A stretch of 64,000 nucleotides of DNA from Candidatus Aminicenantes bacterium (GCA_011772495.1 WVZL01000016.1:228499-292498), one strand, 5' to 3'; positions 47,000-56,278 are shown, counted from the stretch's first letter. Program-made: numbers and translations. The notes: generated from the letters alone by a model not told the origin.

Positions 47000-48343
47000 T
47001 TATCTTGAGTACCAAAGATACCAAAGGATTGGAGCAGATATCCCTCTTAAAAATCTTTCTATATGGACAACAAAGGTCTTCGGAACATAGACAATATCAC
47101 CAGGCTCCAATTCAATATTCTGGCCAATATCTCCTTCCTTAAGAATTCGCTTCAAGTTGACTCGAATCCCTTTTTGGGAGCCTAATTCACCTCGAACGAT
47201 CATCACGCTGCTGGTGACGGCATCAGGAGTATATCCTCCTGCTTCGGCGATGGCATCGATTAAAGTGAGTTTTCCTTTGATAACAACGGACTTGGGCGCT
47301 CTCACTTCCCCAAGAACATAGACTTTATTAAACTCTAAAGGAGGAACATATACAGTATCCCCACCTTTAACAACTGCTTCAATTGTTTCTTGACGATCTT
47401 TGATAAGTTCATTCAGATCATAATTGATAATTCTTCCGTCTTTCTTAATTAGTTTGATATGAGAAACATCCGCGTTTTCTGAAAGTCCACCTATTTGTCC
47501 TATAAACTCTACGAGGGACGTTTTTCTTCTTAAGGTGTACATTCCAGTCTCAGTCTCACCCAAAGCAATGACTCTGTGGCTGTTGTATTCTTTTACGGTA
47601 ACGAAAACTACAGGGTCGATTAAATACTTGGAAAGAGCCTCTCCAAGCCTCTCTTCTAGTAGAGGAGCATTCAATCCCATGACATTCATTTTTCTAACAG
47701 GAGGTAATTTAATATCACCTTTGTGATTTACCGTGACATCTCGGGAAATATCAGGGTGTTGCCAGACTTCTATGCTTAAAACATCACCGGGGCCGATGAG
47801 ATAACCAGGTTCTGTTTGGAGGTCCTGGGATTTCATCTGTGGTTGAACTTCAGGATTTGACTCTGAATCATTATTTTCATCTTCATGAAATCCAGCTGAA
47901 TACTGGCCGGAATTTTCGAATCTGACGATTATGGAACTTCCGCTGTAAGAGATTTCATAATCTGAATTCTGCCTCAGCTCCACGATCATCAAGTTCAACT
48001 GGGGCTGCTTTTGATCTCCTGTTTGATAATACGCATTTCTTATTCTTTTGATAGGCCCCTTATCGATAATCAATTCATCCTCTTCAAAGCTATAAACCTT
48101 GTCTTCAGGAAAACTCAAGATTAAACAGGGAGGATCCTCCAGTTTCGTATCTTTAACCTGTACAGGCTCGGTGGTGGTTATGACTAACTCTGTCTCAGAA
48201 GACAATTCTCTGGTTGTCAAATTGACAAAATGCGTCCCTCGATAAGAAACGCAAGATATGCATACCAGAATAAATAATATTTTTATGCTTTTAATGATCA
48301 AGTTTTTCACCTGATCTTTTCCCAGAGTTATATTATTTTTCAT
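47000..48343 (-). CDS. wza: Polysaccharide export protein (Wza/Poly_export + SLBB) with an extra N-terminal domain
   Basis: It contains YLIGPGDVLSIEVWQHPDISRDVTVNHKGDIKLPPVRKMNVMGL...PVVFVTV (Poly_export). Two SLBB-like blocks follow (GGDTVYVP, PGDIVYVP). The N-terminal ~150 aa extension is not part of a standard Wza. Confidence 0.8.
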   Translation of the reverse strand: MKNNITLGKDQVKNLIIKSIKILFILVCISCVSYRGTHFVNLTTRELSSETELVITTTEPVQVKDTKLEDPPCLILSFPEDKVYSFEEDELIIDKGPIKRIRNAYYQTGDQKQPQLNLMIVELRQNSDYEISYSGSSIIVRFENSGQYSAGFHEDENNDSESNPEVQPQMKSQDLQTEPGYLIGPGDVLSIEVWQHPDISRDVTVNHKGDIKLPPVRKMNVMGLNAPLLEERLGEALSKYLIDPVVFVTVKEYNSHRVIALGETETGMYTLRRKTSLVEFIGQIGGLSENADVSHIKLIKKDGRIINYDLNELIKDRQETIEAVVKGGDTVYVPPLEFNKVYVLGEVRAPKSVVIKGKLTLIDAIAEAGGYTPDAVTSSVMIVRGELGSQKGIRVNLKRILKEGDIGQNIELEPGDIVYVPKTFVVHIERFLRGISAPILWYLWYSR

Positions 48344-48772
48344 AATAATAATTTATTAAATAGGCATAGTCAATATATTTTTTTAGTTTTCCTCCAAAAT
48401 AGAAGGGGAATGAATCTAACTGCAAGTTATCGAATCTGCTTGCTAAATTTGCCCTCTGTGAGTCACTCTTCCAGGTAGAATAATGCACTATACCTTCCGA
48501 CATCCCTATAAGGCTAGAAGAAAGCACCAAATAAGTAAATCGCCTTCAGAGGTGATTTATTCGATGATTTTCTCCCCCTTTTTCTCACCTAGAAAGAGGA
48601 TTTATTCCCGCCATTTCCTTCAGGTGGATTTATGACATATTGTCTACTTTATATAAAATAAACAAAACAAATTAGCTATTTTAATTCTAAATTCTTGGAA
48701 TGAAACCCGGGATCGAATCACCTGAGAATTGATCCCAGAAATCATCTCACCCTTATAAAGTGCCCTTTGCTT

Positions 48773-49474
48773 CTAAATCTCAGCCTCTCGGCCAGCTACG
48801 TCCAGAATAAAGGTTCTCGTCTTACCGCTGCAGTATTCGCTGATTAAGGTGCTTAATTCTTCGATAATTTTCTGCACTTCCTCCTTTGTAACTGGCGGCA
48901 GGCCTTCCACGACCAGTAAAACCTCTTCAGTGTCTTCAGTCATTTTCGTCTTGTCGCACTCCCTCCAGTTCCACCTCCTGCACAGCACCTCTTTCGAATC
49001 TGCATAAACCACCTCTCCCTCTCTGGGAGTTTCTGTCTCTTCAGAATTCAGGGGCGTAAAGGACTCATCTCCCCGGGCAAACGTCAATCGAATATCCCCC
49101 TCGACCTTAGCCGTGTCATCACCACCAACAGGAACCAGGTGTTTCAGGGAGATGTAATTGTAGATATCCACAATCTTGTTGATCGACCTCAGCTCATTTC
49201 CTTTCAAAACCATCCGGCAAAGACTTTCCACCGAGCTCTTGTATTTTTTGGGCTTGGCTCCGAAGGAAGAATAAGCTTCCCTCCAGGCCCTGATTTTCGG
49301 GTGCTGGGAGAATGTCTCGGGATCGAATTCGCTCCTGATCTCTGCTTCTCTTTCTCTGATGAGGCGCAAGATCTCAGCGCTTTCTCCATGATTGTCTATT
49401 TGCTTTCCCCTGATAATTCCAACATTTAGTCCGGGAAATTTCTCCAAGATTCTGGGATCAATCACAAATTTCAT
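48773..49474 (-). CDS. B3/B4 (PheRS beta-like tRNA-binding) domain-containing protein
   Basis: It begins MKFVIDPRILEKFPGLNVGIIRGKQIDN and contains VESLCRMVLKG..LRSINKIVDIYNYISLKHLVPVGGDD. The start was chosen at MKF, with GAGAGG 6 nt upstream. The track ORF starts at a TTG 21 nt further upstream. Confidence 0.7.
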   Translation of the reverse strand: MKFVIDPRILEKFPGLNVGIIRGKQIDNHGESAEILRLIREREAEIRSEFDPETFSQHPKIRAWREAYSSFGAKPKKYKSSVESLCRMVLKGNELRSINKIVDIYNYISLKHLVPVGGDDTAKVEGDIRLTFARGDESFTPLNSEETETPREGEVVYADSKEVLCRRWNWRECDKTKMTEDTEEVLLVVEGLPPVTKEEVQKIIEELSTLISEYCSGKTRTFILDVAGREAEI

Positions 49475-49610
49475 GGCACCTCTCTCCCGATCCAAACCTC
49501 AACTAAAAGTCCAGTCTGTCAATCATTACCTTGCTTCTTCTTTTTGTGGTTTTTTCTGTTGAATACTTTAAGTCTCTAATCGTTTATTCCTTAAGCAACA
49601 CAAACATGAT

Positions 49611-51026
49611 TCAAGATGACTTGAGCAGCTCTTTGGCTTTGGAAACGATGAGTTCCCAGGCCGCCCTCACCTGGCTCTCTTCCGTTGTTCTTTGGGCCAC
49701 AACCATTCGCAGCACGTATTTCCCTCTTAAAGTTGTGTGAGTAAAGAAAACCTTGCCTGTCTGGTTGAGGCTCTCCAGCAGCCTTCGATTCAGCTCGTTT
49801 AAGTCCTCTTCACTGCGCCCATCATTCAAGCGGAAACAAACCAGGCTTGCACTCACCGGAGCCATGAGCTCGAAGTTTTCCTGTTCCTCAACCCATTTCT
49901 TAATCATCTGAGCAAGGCGGATGTGTTCTCGCACCATCTTCTGGAGGCCCTCGACTCCGTAAAAGCGAATCACAAACCATAATTTCAAGGCCCGGAATCT
50001 TCTCCCGAGTTGAATCCCCCAATCGCGGAAGTTCTTGACCTGGGCATCCAGGCCGGTCTTCAAGTATTCAGGATGAATCTCAAATGTCCGGATGAGCGTC
50101 CCCGGGTCTTTAACAAAATAAGCCGAACAGTCGAAGTTGGTGAACATCCACTTATGGGGGTTGAAGACAAAAGAATCGATGTGTTCAGCTCCAGCGAGCA
50201 TACTTTTCTTCTCCGGAAGGATAGCAGCAGTTCCGGAAAATGCGGCATCGACATGAAACCATAAGCCGTGTTCGCTGCAGATTCGACCGATGGATTCAAT
50301 CGGGTCAATGGCTGTGGAAGAGGTAGTTCCCAGAGTAGCGATTACGCAGCAAGGCTGAAGCCCTCGCTCTTTATCTTCGATAACGGCCTCTTCGAGCTTG
50401 GAGGGTATCAGGGCAAAAGCCTCATCAACGGGGATGTAGCGCAGGTTTTCTTTCCCGAAACCGGCAATCTTCACTCCTTTCTCGACACTCGAATGAGCCT
50501 CATCAGAGGCATAGACGATAAGAGGTTCTTTCAATCCTTTGCGGTTGGATTCAAAACTTGTTGTCTTCTCTCTCGCTGTCAGCAATGCACAAAGGGTGGC
50601 TGTAGAAGCTGTATCCTGGATAACTCCAGCCATCCCTTCAGGAAGTCCCAGCATTTTGCGCAGCCATTCCAGAACGACCTCTTCCAATTCGGCAGCGGCT
50701 GGCGAGGTCTGCCAGATCATGCATTGAGCCCCTAGAGATGCAGTCAACAATTCTGCCAGTACCGAAGGGGGACTGTTGTTAGCCGGAAAATAAGCAAACC
50801 AGGAAGGGTGCTGCCAGTGGGTCATTCCAGGAAGGATGATTTCTTTGAAATCCTCAAAAATCCTCTCCATGGATTCGCCCTGCTGGGGTGGATTCGCGGG
50901 AAGTTGACTTCGAATTTCACCCGGTTTGAGCTGCGACTTCACCGGAAACTCAGCAACATCTGTCAGATAATCAGCTGCCCAATCCACGAATTTATACCCA
51001 AACTGTCTGAAATTTTCTTTATCCAT
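49611..51026 (-). CDS. Group II pyridoxal-dependent (aromatic L-amino acid/tyrosine-type) decarboxylase
   Basis: It contains HWQHPSWFAYFPA, SPAAAELE, GVIQDTASTATL, HVDAAFSG and FNPHKWMFTNFDCS, which includes the PLP Lys in NPHKW. Confidence 0.85.
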   Translation of the reverse strand: MDKENFRQFGYKFVDWAADYLTDVAEFPVKSQLKPGEIRSQLPANPPQQGESMERIFEDFKEIILPGMTHWQHPSWFAYFPANNSPPSVLAELLTASLGAQCMIWQTSPAAAELEEVVLEWLRKMLGLPEGMAGVIQDTASTATLCALLTAREKTTSFESNRKGLKEPLIVYASDEAHSSVEKGVKIAGFGKENLRYIPVDEAFALIPSKLEEAVIEDKERGLQPCCVIATLGTTSSTAIDPIESIGRICSEHGLWFHVDAAFSGTAAILPEKKSMLAGAEHIDSFVFNPHKWMFTNFDCSAYFVKDPGTLIRTFEIHPEYLKTGLDAQVKNFRDWGIQLGRRFRALKLWFVIRFYGVEGLQKMVREHIRLAQMIKKWVEEQENFELMAPVSASLVCFRLNDGRSEEDLNELNRRLLESLNQTGKVFFTHTTLRGKYVLRMVVAQRTTEESQVRAAWELIVSKAKELLKSS

Positions 51027-51234
51027 CAGGATTCTCCTTCTGATAAAAAAATTCCATACCTGTTTCTTTGATTCCCTATTCTATAGGAATCCAGCTTTAG
51101 CAGTCAAAAAGACTATCAGAACCATCGATTTTTTTCATTACCCTGAAAAAAGCGTTAAAAGTGGCCATTTTACTGAGAAAAACCTGCCAAATAAGCCACA
51201 AAACAAGGAATTTTTAAAAATTGAAAAAAATTTG

Positions 51235-51264
51235 TTGAATTTTGTATAAAAATTATGATATAAT
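51235..51264 (+). promoter_or_regulatory. Candidate sigma-70 promoter (TTGAAT, 18-nt spacer, TGATATAAT extended -10)
   Basis: TTGAAT lies at 51235-51240, TG at 51256-51257 and TATAAT at 51259-51264. The region is A/T-rich, so a chance match is possible. Confidence 0.3.
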
Positions 51265-51689
51265 ATTACAAATTATTAATTCTTCCCCCTCATCCTCAGT
51301 CAAATAGCTCCTTTTATATCATTCTTCTTATCTTCTCTACCATCATAATCGATTAAAAATAAAAAAGTTATGATATTTGGAGCATCTTAAAAAGATCTTT
51401 GGAAGGGCAATAATTCCCTTGCTATCTTTCTTCTCATGGTTCGCTCCTCCGACCAGATCAATAAAAATCTTTAAAAATTTTTGTTTCAAAAAACCCAAAA
51501 TTTTCATTTATTTCGGCTCTAAAAAGAAACTTTTTACTCGTTTTGACCGTATATAGATATGGAAGGACAAAATGAGAAAGGTCTTAAGTCCCAACACCAA
51601 ACAGAATCCCCTCCCTAAGCCCTCCTTTTTACTTTTAACGGGAGTTTACCATAAATCCCCTTTTTTCAATTAATCCATTTCCTTTCATG

Positions 51690-51720
51690 GGCTGCCCCGT
51701 TTCCAAGGAAAGGGGCAGCC
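51690..51720. repeat. GC-rich near-perfect hairpin (GGCTGCCCC-G-TTTCC AA GGAAA GGGGCAGCC)
   Basis: The inverted repeat was read directly from the sequence. It has about 14 bp of pairing with one bulge and no adjacent T-run. Confidence 0.6.
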
Positions 51721-51791
51721 TATCTAATTAACATGCCCATGAGGTCAGGTCTCCAGATCCTTCTCTCTATCCAGAGATGGGGACCAGAGAT

Positions 51792-51875
51792 GGGGACGGT
51801 TCTATTTTTTAAAATAGAAAGCCTAGCACCAGAATATAGGCAAGAATAAAAAAATAGAACCGTCCCCTTTTTTTA
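51792..51875 (+). terminator. Long inverted repeat with 19-nt perfect arms and a trailing T-run; candidate intrinsic terminator or structured RNA
   Basis: GGGGACGGTTCTATTTTTT (51792-51810) is the exact reverse complement of AAAAAATAGAACCGTCCCC (51849-51867). TTTTTTT follows the second arm. Confidence 0.5.
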
Positions 51876-51954
51876 TTATGACTTGACAAAGAAAATAGTT
51901 TTTTCTTTAATTAGAATTGTCGTATAAATCTCTTTGACAATTTAGATTCAAGCT

Positions 51955-52095
51955 TAAAGGAAAGGGAAGTCCGTAAAAAGCGGACACAGCCCCCGCTACT
52001 GTGATCGGGGACGAATTCCAGAACACGCCACTATCCGACTTCAGGATGGGAAGGCCTGGAAGGAGGATGATCCGAGAGTCAGGATACCCCCTTTA
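51955..52095 (+). promoter_or_regulatory. Cobalamin (B12) riboswitch
   Basis: The conserved core is AAGGGAAGUCCGUAAAAAGCGGACACAGCCCCCGCUACUGUGA, followed by a GCCACUA element. A B12-box-like GAGUCAGGAUACCCCC lies at ~52074-52089. It sits upstream of a TonB-dependent receptor, the classic btuB context. Confidence 0.85.
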
Positions 52096-52106
52096 AGCCT
52101 CCATAA

Positions 52107-52142
52107 CCCATCTTCGGGTGGAAGATAGGGTCATTTTTTTGC
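52107..52142 (+). terminator. Intrinsic terminator forming the riboswitch expression platform
   Basis: The stem pairs CCCATCTTC with GAAGAT(A)GGG around a 5-nt loop, followed by TCATTTTTTTTT. It lies about 80 nt upstream of the receptor start codon. Confidence 0.6.
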
Positions 52143-52221
52143 TCGTCTTTCCCGGAGAATTGCAGGGTTAAACTTCAGGTCCTTCTGGAGAAGACCAAGG
52201 CGGGGGTAAGAATTTCTGGAG

Positions 52222-54174
52222 ATGCAGATCATGAGAAAATATCTTTTGTTTATTGCCTTCGCCAGCGCCCTCCTCTCCTCGAATCTCTTTTCTGAGGAAG
52301 AGGAGAAGAAACCATCCCCGCCTCTACAGCATGAAATCGTAGTCACCGCAAATCGCCTGGAAACTCCAGCCAAAGAAGTCGCCAGTTCGGTAACCATCAT
52401 CACCCGAGAAGACCTGGAGAGGATGAAAAAATCGACCGTCCTTGAAGTCTTGAGGGAGGCCCTGGGTGTGGCCGTAATTCAAAACGGCGGAACAGGTGGG
52501 GCTGGCTCCATGTCTATCCGGGGAGCCAATTCAGAACACACTCTGATCATGATAGATGGGGTTGAGCTCAATGACCCCATCACGCCCAGCCGTTCCTATG
52601 ACCTTGCCCATCTTGTTCTCGATAGCATCGAGCGTATCGAAATCCTCCGTGGTCCTCAGAGTACTCTATATGGCTCGGAGGCTATCGGCGGAGTTGTGAA
52701 TATCATCACGAGAAGAGGCTCGGGAAAACCTCGATTCTCTCTCTCCAGCTATGGAGGTTCCTTCAGAACTTTCTCCACTGAGGCTGGATTCGGAGGCAGC
52801 ACAGAAAAGATTAATTATTCGCTGGGTATTTCCCACCTCTCTACCCAAGGAATATCGGCCTCCAGCACCGCTTACCCAGGTAATGAAGAGAAAGATGGTT
52901 ACCAGAATATGACCCTTTCAGGAAGATTAGGATTTTCTCCTTTGGACAACCTGGAGGTCGACTTTGTCTTGCGCTTGATAAACGATAAAGCTGATATCGA
53001 CAATTTTGGTGGTGCTTACGGCGATGACCCAAACCATACTCAAGACTACCGCTCTTTATTTCTTAAAAGCCAGCTGAGAGCACTCCTCTTCAAGAACCGC
53101 TGGGAGCAAAAATTATCGGTTTCATTTGTCTATAATGACCGCAAGAATGAAAATTTGTTAGACGCCTCCCATCCTTTCGACTCTGAAGAAGGCCTTTTCA
53201 AAAGCAAAAGGTTTAAAGTCGACTGGCAGAACAATCTCTTCCTTCACGAAACCCACACTCTAACCCTTGGAGTTGATCATCAGCAGGAACAGGGAGAATC
53301 TGAATACCATTCCGAGGGGCTGTGGGGACCCTACTCGAGTCTGTTTCCTCTCAAGCAAGCGTCCATCACCGGCCTTTACCTTCAAGATCAAATCCGTCTC
53401 GCTCATCGATTTTTCGCTACTGTCGGAGTACGCCTCGACAGTCACAGCCTATTCGGCTCAGCCGCAACTTATCGCCTTGCTCCCGCTTATTTCATCGAAA
53501 AATCAGGGACAAAATTGAAGGCCACCTTTGGAACAGGCTTTAAATCTCCCTCTCTCTATCAGCTCTACGCCACAGCAACATCCTTTGGCCCGATCGGGAA
53601 TGAGGATTTGAGGCCAGAAAAATCCTTAGGCTGGGATCTTGGAATCGAGCAGTTCCTGTTGGAGGAAAGAGTTTTCCTGGGAGTCACCTATTTTCATAAC
53701 GACTATAAAGACCTCATTGATTTTGACTTTCTCCAGGGCTACCTCAACATCGGGAAGGCTGAATCCAAAGGTGCCGAGCTTTACCTGCGGGCAGACCCAG
53801 CAGACAAATTAAGGTTAAGGGCCTCCTACACAAGATTGGAAGCCCAGGACAAAAAAACGAGAATCCCTCTCTTGAGAAGGCCAAAGCATAAATTCACCGC
53901 CAACATCTCCTACCAATTCTTGGAAAAAGGTCGCCTTTATCTCTCCCTTATCCACCTCGGAAAAAGAGAAGATCTGGACTTCTCTGCCTGGCCTGCGGCT
54001 CGAGCGACACTTCCTGGCTATACCTTGCTCAACGCCTCAGTATCCTATAATATTAAGGCCCGGGTCCAATTTTTTTTCCGCCTGGATAACATTCTTGATG
54101 TAGAGTACGAGAACATTTTAGGCTATGGAACTCCAGGTTTTTCTGCCTTCGGCGGATTGAGACTAGACTTTTGA
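52222..54174 (+). CDS. btuB: TonB-dependent receptor, BtuB-like (cobalamin/corrinoid outer-membrane transporter)
   Basis: It has a signal peptide and a plug domain reading HEIVVTANRLETPAKEVASSVTIITREDLERM...GGAGSMSIRGANSEHTLIMIDGVELNDP...IEILRGPQSTLYGSEAIGGVVNIIT. The C-terminus is GGLRLDF. A B12 riboswitch precedes it. Confidence 0.85.
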   Translation: MQIMRKYLLFIAFASALLSSNLFSEEEEKKPSPPLQHEIVVTANRLETPAKEVASSVTIITREDLERMKKSTVLEVLREALGVAVIQNGGTGGAGSMSIRGANSEHTLIMIDGVELNDPITPSRSYDLAHLVLDSIERIEILRGPQSTLYGSEAIGGVVNIITRRGSGKPRFSLSSYGGSFRTFSTEAGFGGSTEKINYSLGISHLSTQGISASSTAYPGNEEKDGYQNMTLSGRLGFSPLDNLEVDFVLRLINDKADIDNFGGAYGDDPNHTQDYRSLFLKSQLRALLFKNRWEQKLSVSFVYNDRKNENLLDASHPFDSEEGLFKSKRFKVDWQNNLFLHETHTLTLGVDHQQEQGESEYHSEGLWGPYSSLFPLKQASITGLYLQDQIRLAHRFFATVGVRLDSHSLFGSAATYRLAPAYFIEKSGTKLKATFGTGFKSPSLYQLYATATSFGPIGNEDLRPEKSLGWDLGIEQFLLEERVFLGVTYFHNDYKDLIDFDFLQGYLNIGKAESKGAELYLRADPADKLRLRASYTRLEAQDKKTRIPLLRRPKHKFTANISYQFLEKGRLYLSLIHLGKREDLDFSAWPAARATLPGYTLLNASVSYNIKARVQFFFRLDNILDVEYENILGYGTPGFSAFGGLRLDF

Positions 54175-54325
54175 GGAAAAAATACTTTAAGATTTATATT
54201 CTGCAATATCGACATATTGCTTTTTGTGCTTTTTAATGTCAGCACGACTCTTAGAATAGATTTCAGGATACATAAATAGAGCTGGTCCCAATTTCAAAGA
54301 TGACTTTTTACTTAATGTCCAAACG

Positions 54326-56278
54326 ATGAAATTGCTAAAACTGATCATCATCTCACTATTTCTTTTCTCTTCCCTCCAAGCTCAGACAGACCAGGAAGAA
54401 AAGAAGAAAGAAGAAGAATACGCCCATGACCATCAAGAAATCATCGTCACTGCTAAGAAGGAACCGATCACCGAGATCGCCAACATTAAAGAAATCAGCA
54501 GAGAAGAGATAGAAAAAAAGGGCGCCTTAAACCCGGTTGAAGCCCTGGATTTCATTCCCGGTGCCTTCTACACGGTGGGGTCCAGGGGAGAAACAAACTT
54601 GCAGCTAAGGGGATTCAGCCAGAGACAAGTTGTTATCATGATCGACGGAATCCCGGTGAACCTGCCTTACACCGGGGAAATCGATCTGTCCCATTTTCCT
54701 CTCGAAGGGCTGGCTAAGATAAAGGTTATCAAAGGGACTTCCTCGACTGTATACGGTTCCAATACTATGGGAGGAATCATTAACCTCATCACTGAAACTC
54801 CAAAGAAGAAAACGAAGGCCCATTTTTCTCTTGACTTTGGAAGAAACCTAAACCAGAAGGCTGCCTTTTCCCTTGCCAAAAGATGGGAGAAAATAGGCTT
54901 CTGGATTTCTGGAGAGTACAAGAACTCCAACGGCTTTTACCTTTCCCATAAATTTGAACCTGAATTAAACGAAGATGGCGCTAAGCGTCAAAATTCCGAT
55001 TTCACCAACAGAGGAGTCAACGGAAGATTCCGTTATTCGTGGGAAAAAGGATCCCTTTTCTTGGATTTCAATTATCTAGATAACAAAAGGGGAATCCCCC
55101 CTCATGTTTCAGAAGACAGGCCTCGCTACTGGCGCTTTCCCACCTGGCGAAAAAACAACCTCAAGCTTTCTCTCAAGCATAGTCCTTTCCAGGGATTAGA
55201 ACTGAGAGGAAGCGTTTATTACGACCTCTACTACAACATTCTCGATTCTTATGATGACGCCACCTACTCAACCCAGGAGAGAAGGTATTCCTTTCACAGC
55301 ATCTTCGACGATTACTCTTTAGGTGCCTCCTTCCTCGGCGAGCTAAGCCAGGGAAAAAATCATTTCCGCCTGGGCTTGAATCTTAAAAAAGACGCCCACC
55401 GCTCTCAGGCCGATGAGTTTGAACCATGGGAAAAATACGAGGCCGCCAATTATTCCTTGGGAATAGAGGATGAAATCAGCCTAAAAGATAACCTTTCTCT
55501 TGTTTTGGGAACGAGCCTGGATTGGCTGAAGCCAGTATATGCCAACGGTGAAGAACTCAGAGAACCGATCTTTCATTTCAATCCATTAATCGGTCTCTCC
55601 TACCGGATCAATTCTTCCCAAATCTATTTCTCGATGGCCAGAAAGTCCAGGTTCCCGACCCTTAAAGAGCTTTATTCGGAATACATCGGCAGGAATATTC
55701 CCAATCCAGAGCTCAAAGAAGAAAAATCAATGAGTTATGAACTTGGTTTCCGCTTTCTTGCCTCAGGTGTTTCTCTGGATGTTTCAATTTTCTATTCCAA
55801 TCTCAAGGACTTGATTGTCCAAAAAAGAACAGGTGCTCTTTTCCAGATGCAAAACGTTGACCAAGCTGTATACAGCGGCGCTGAATTCTCGTTCAATTTC
55901 CCGGTAAAAGACGGGTATGATCTGAGCTTTAACTACTCCTACTTGCAAGCCAAAAACACTTCCTCAGACAGAATATCTTCTAGGCTCGAATACAAGCCTT
56001 CTCATAAACTGGCCCTGTTTTTCTCATTCAAGGGGCCTTTTTCATTAGAAGGCATGGTGAAGAGCGCTTATACAGGAAAAAGATATTTTGAAGATTTGGC
56101 AGGAATCTATCAGCCTCTTTCCCCATACATGCTCTGGGATATTAGACTCTCTAGAAACCTGGGCCGTTTCGAAATCTATTTTTTACTTAAAAATATTCTC
56201 GATGTGAATTATGAATTTGAAGACGGATTTCCTGGACCCGGGAGAGAGATCCTTGTCGGGTTTACCTGGAAAAACTAA
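54326..56278 (+). CDS. TonB-dependent receptor (second, tandem)
   Basis: It has a signal peptide and a plug domain reading QEIIVTAKKEP...LQLRGFSQRQVVIMIDGIPVNLPY...IKVIKGTSSTVYGSNTMGGIINLIT, followed by a beta-barrel of similar length (650 aa). Confidence 0.85.
   Translation: MKLLKLIIISLFLFSSLQAQTDQEEKKKEEEYAHDHQEIIVTAKKEPITEIANIKEISREEIEKKGALNPVEALDFIPGAFYTVGSRGETNLQLRGFSQRQVVIMIDGIPVNLPYTGEIDLSHFPLEGLAKIKVIKGTSSTVYGSNTMGGIINLITETPKKKTKAHFSLDFGRNLNQKAAFSLAKRWEKIGFWISGEYKNSNGFYLSHKFEPELNEDGAKRQNSDFTNRGVNGRFRYSWEKGSLFLDFNYLDNKRGIPPHVSEDRPRYWRFPTWRKNNLKLSLKHSPFQGLELRGSVYYDLYYNILDSYDDATYSTQERRYSFHSIFDDYSLGASFLGELSQGKNHFRLGLNLKKDAHRSQADEFEPWEKYEAANYSLGIEDEISLKDNLSLVLGTSLDWLKPVYANGEELREPIFHFNPLIGLSYRINSSQIYFSMARKSRFPTLKELYSEYIGRNIPNPELKEEKSMSYELGFRFLASGVSLDVSIFYSNLKDLIVQKRTGALFQMQNVDQAVYSGAEFSFNFPVKDGYDLSFNYSYLQAKNTSSDRISSRLEYKPSHKLALFFSFKGPFSLEGMVKSAYTGKRYFEDLAGIYQPLSPYMLWDIRLSRNLGRFEIYFLLKNILDVNYEFEDGFPGPGREILVGFTWKN

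Noticed and set aside
52131-52403. The 90-aa minus-strand ORF overlapping the riboswitch terminator and the receptor start
   Set aside because: It is antisense to a well-supported TonB-dependent receptor N-terminus and to the terminator. It has no SD and a low-complexity sequence, so it is most likely spurious.
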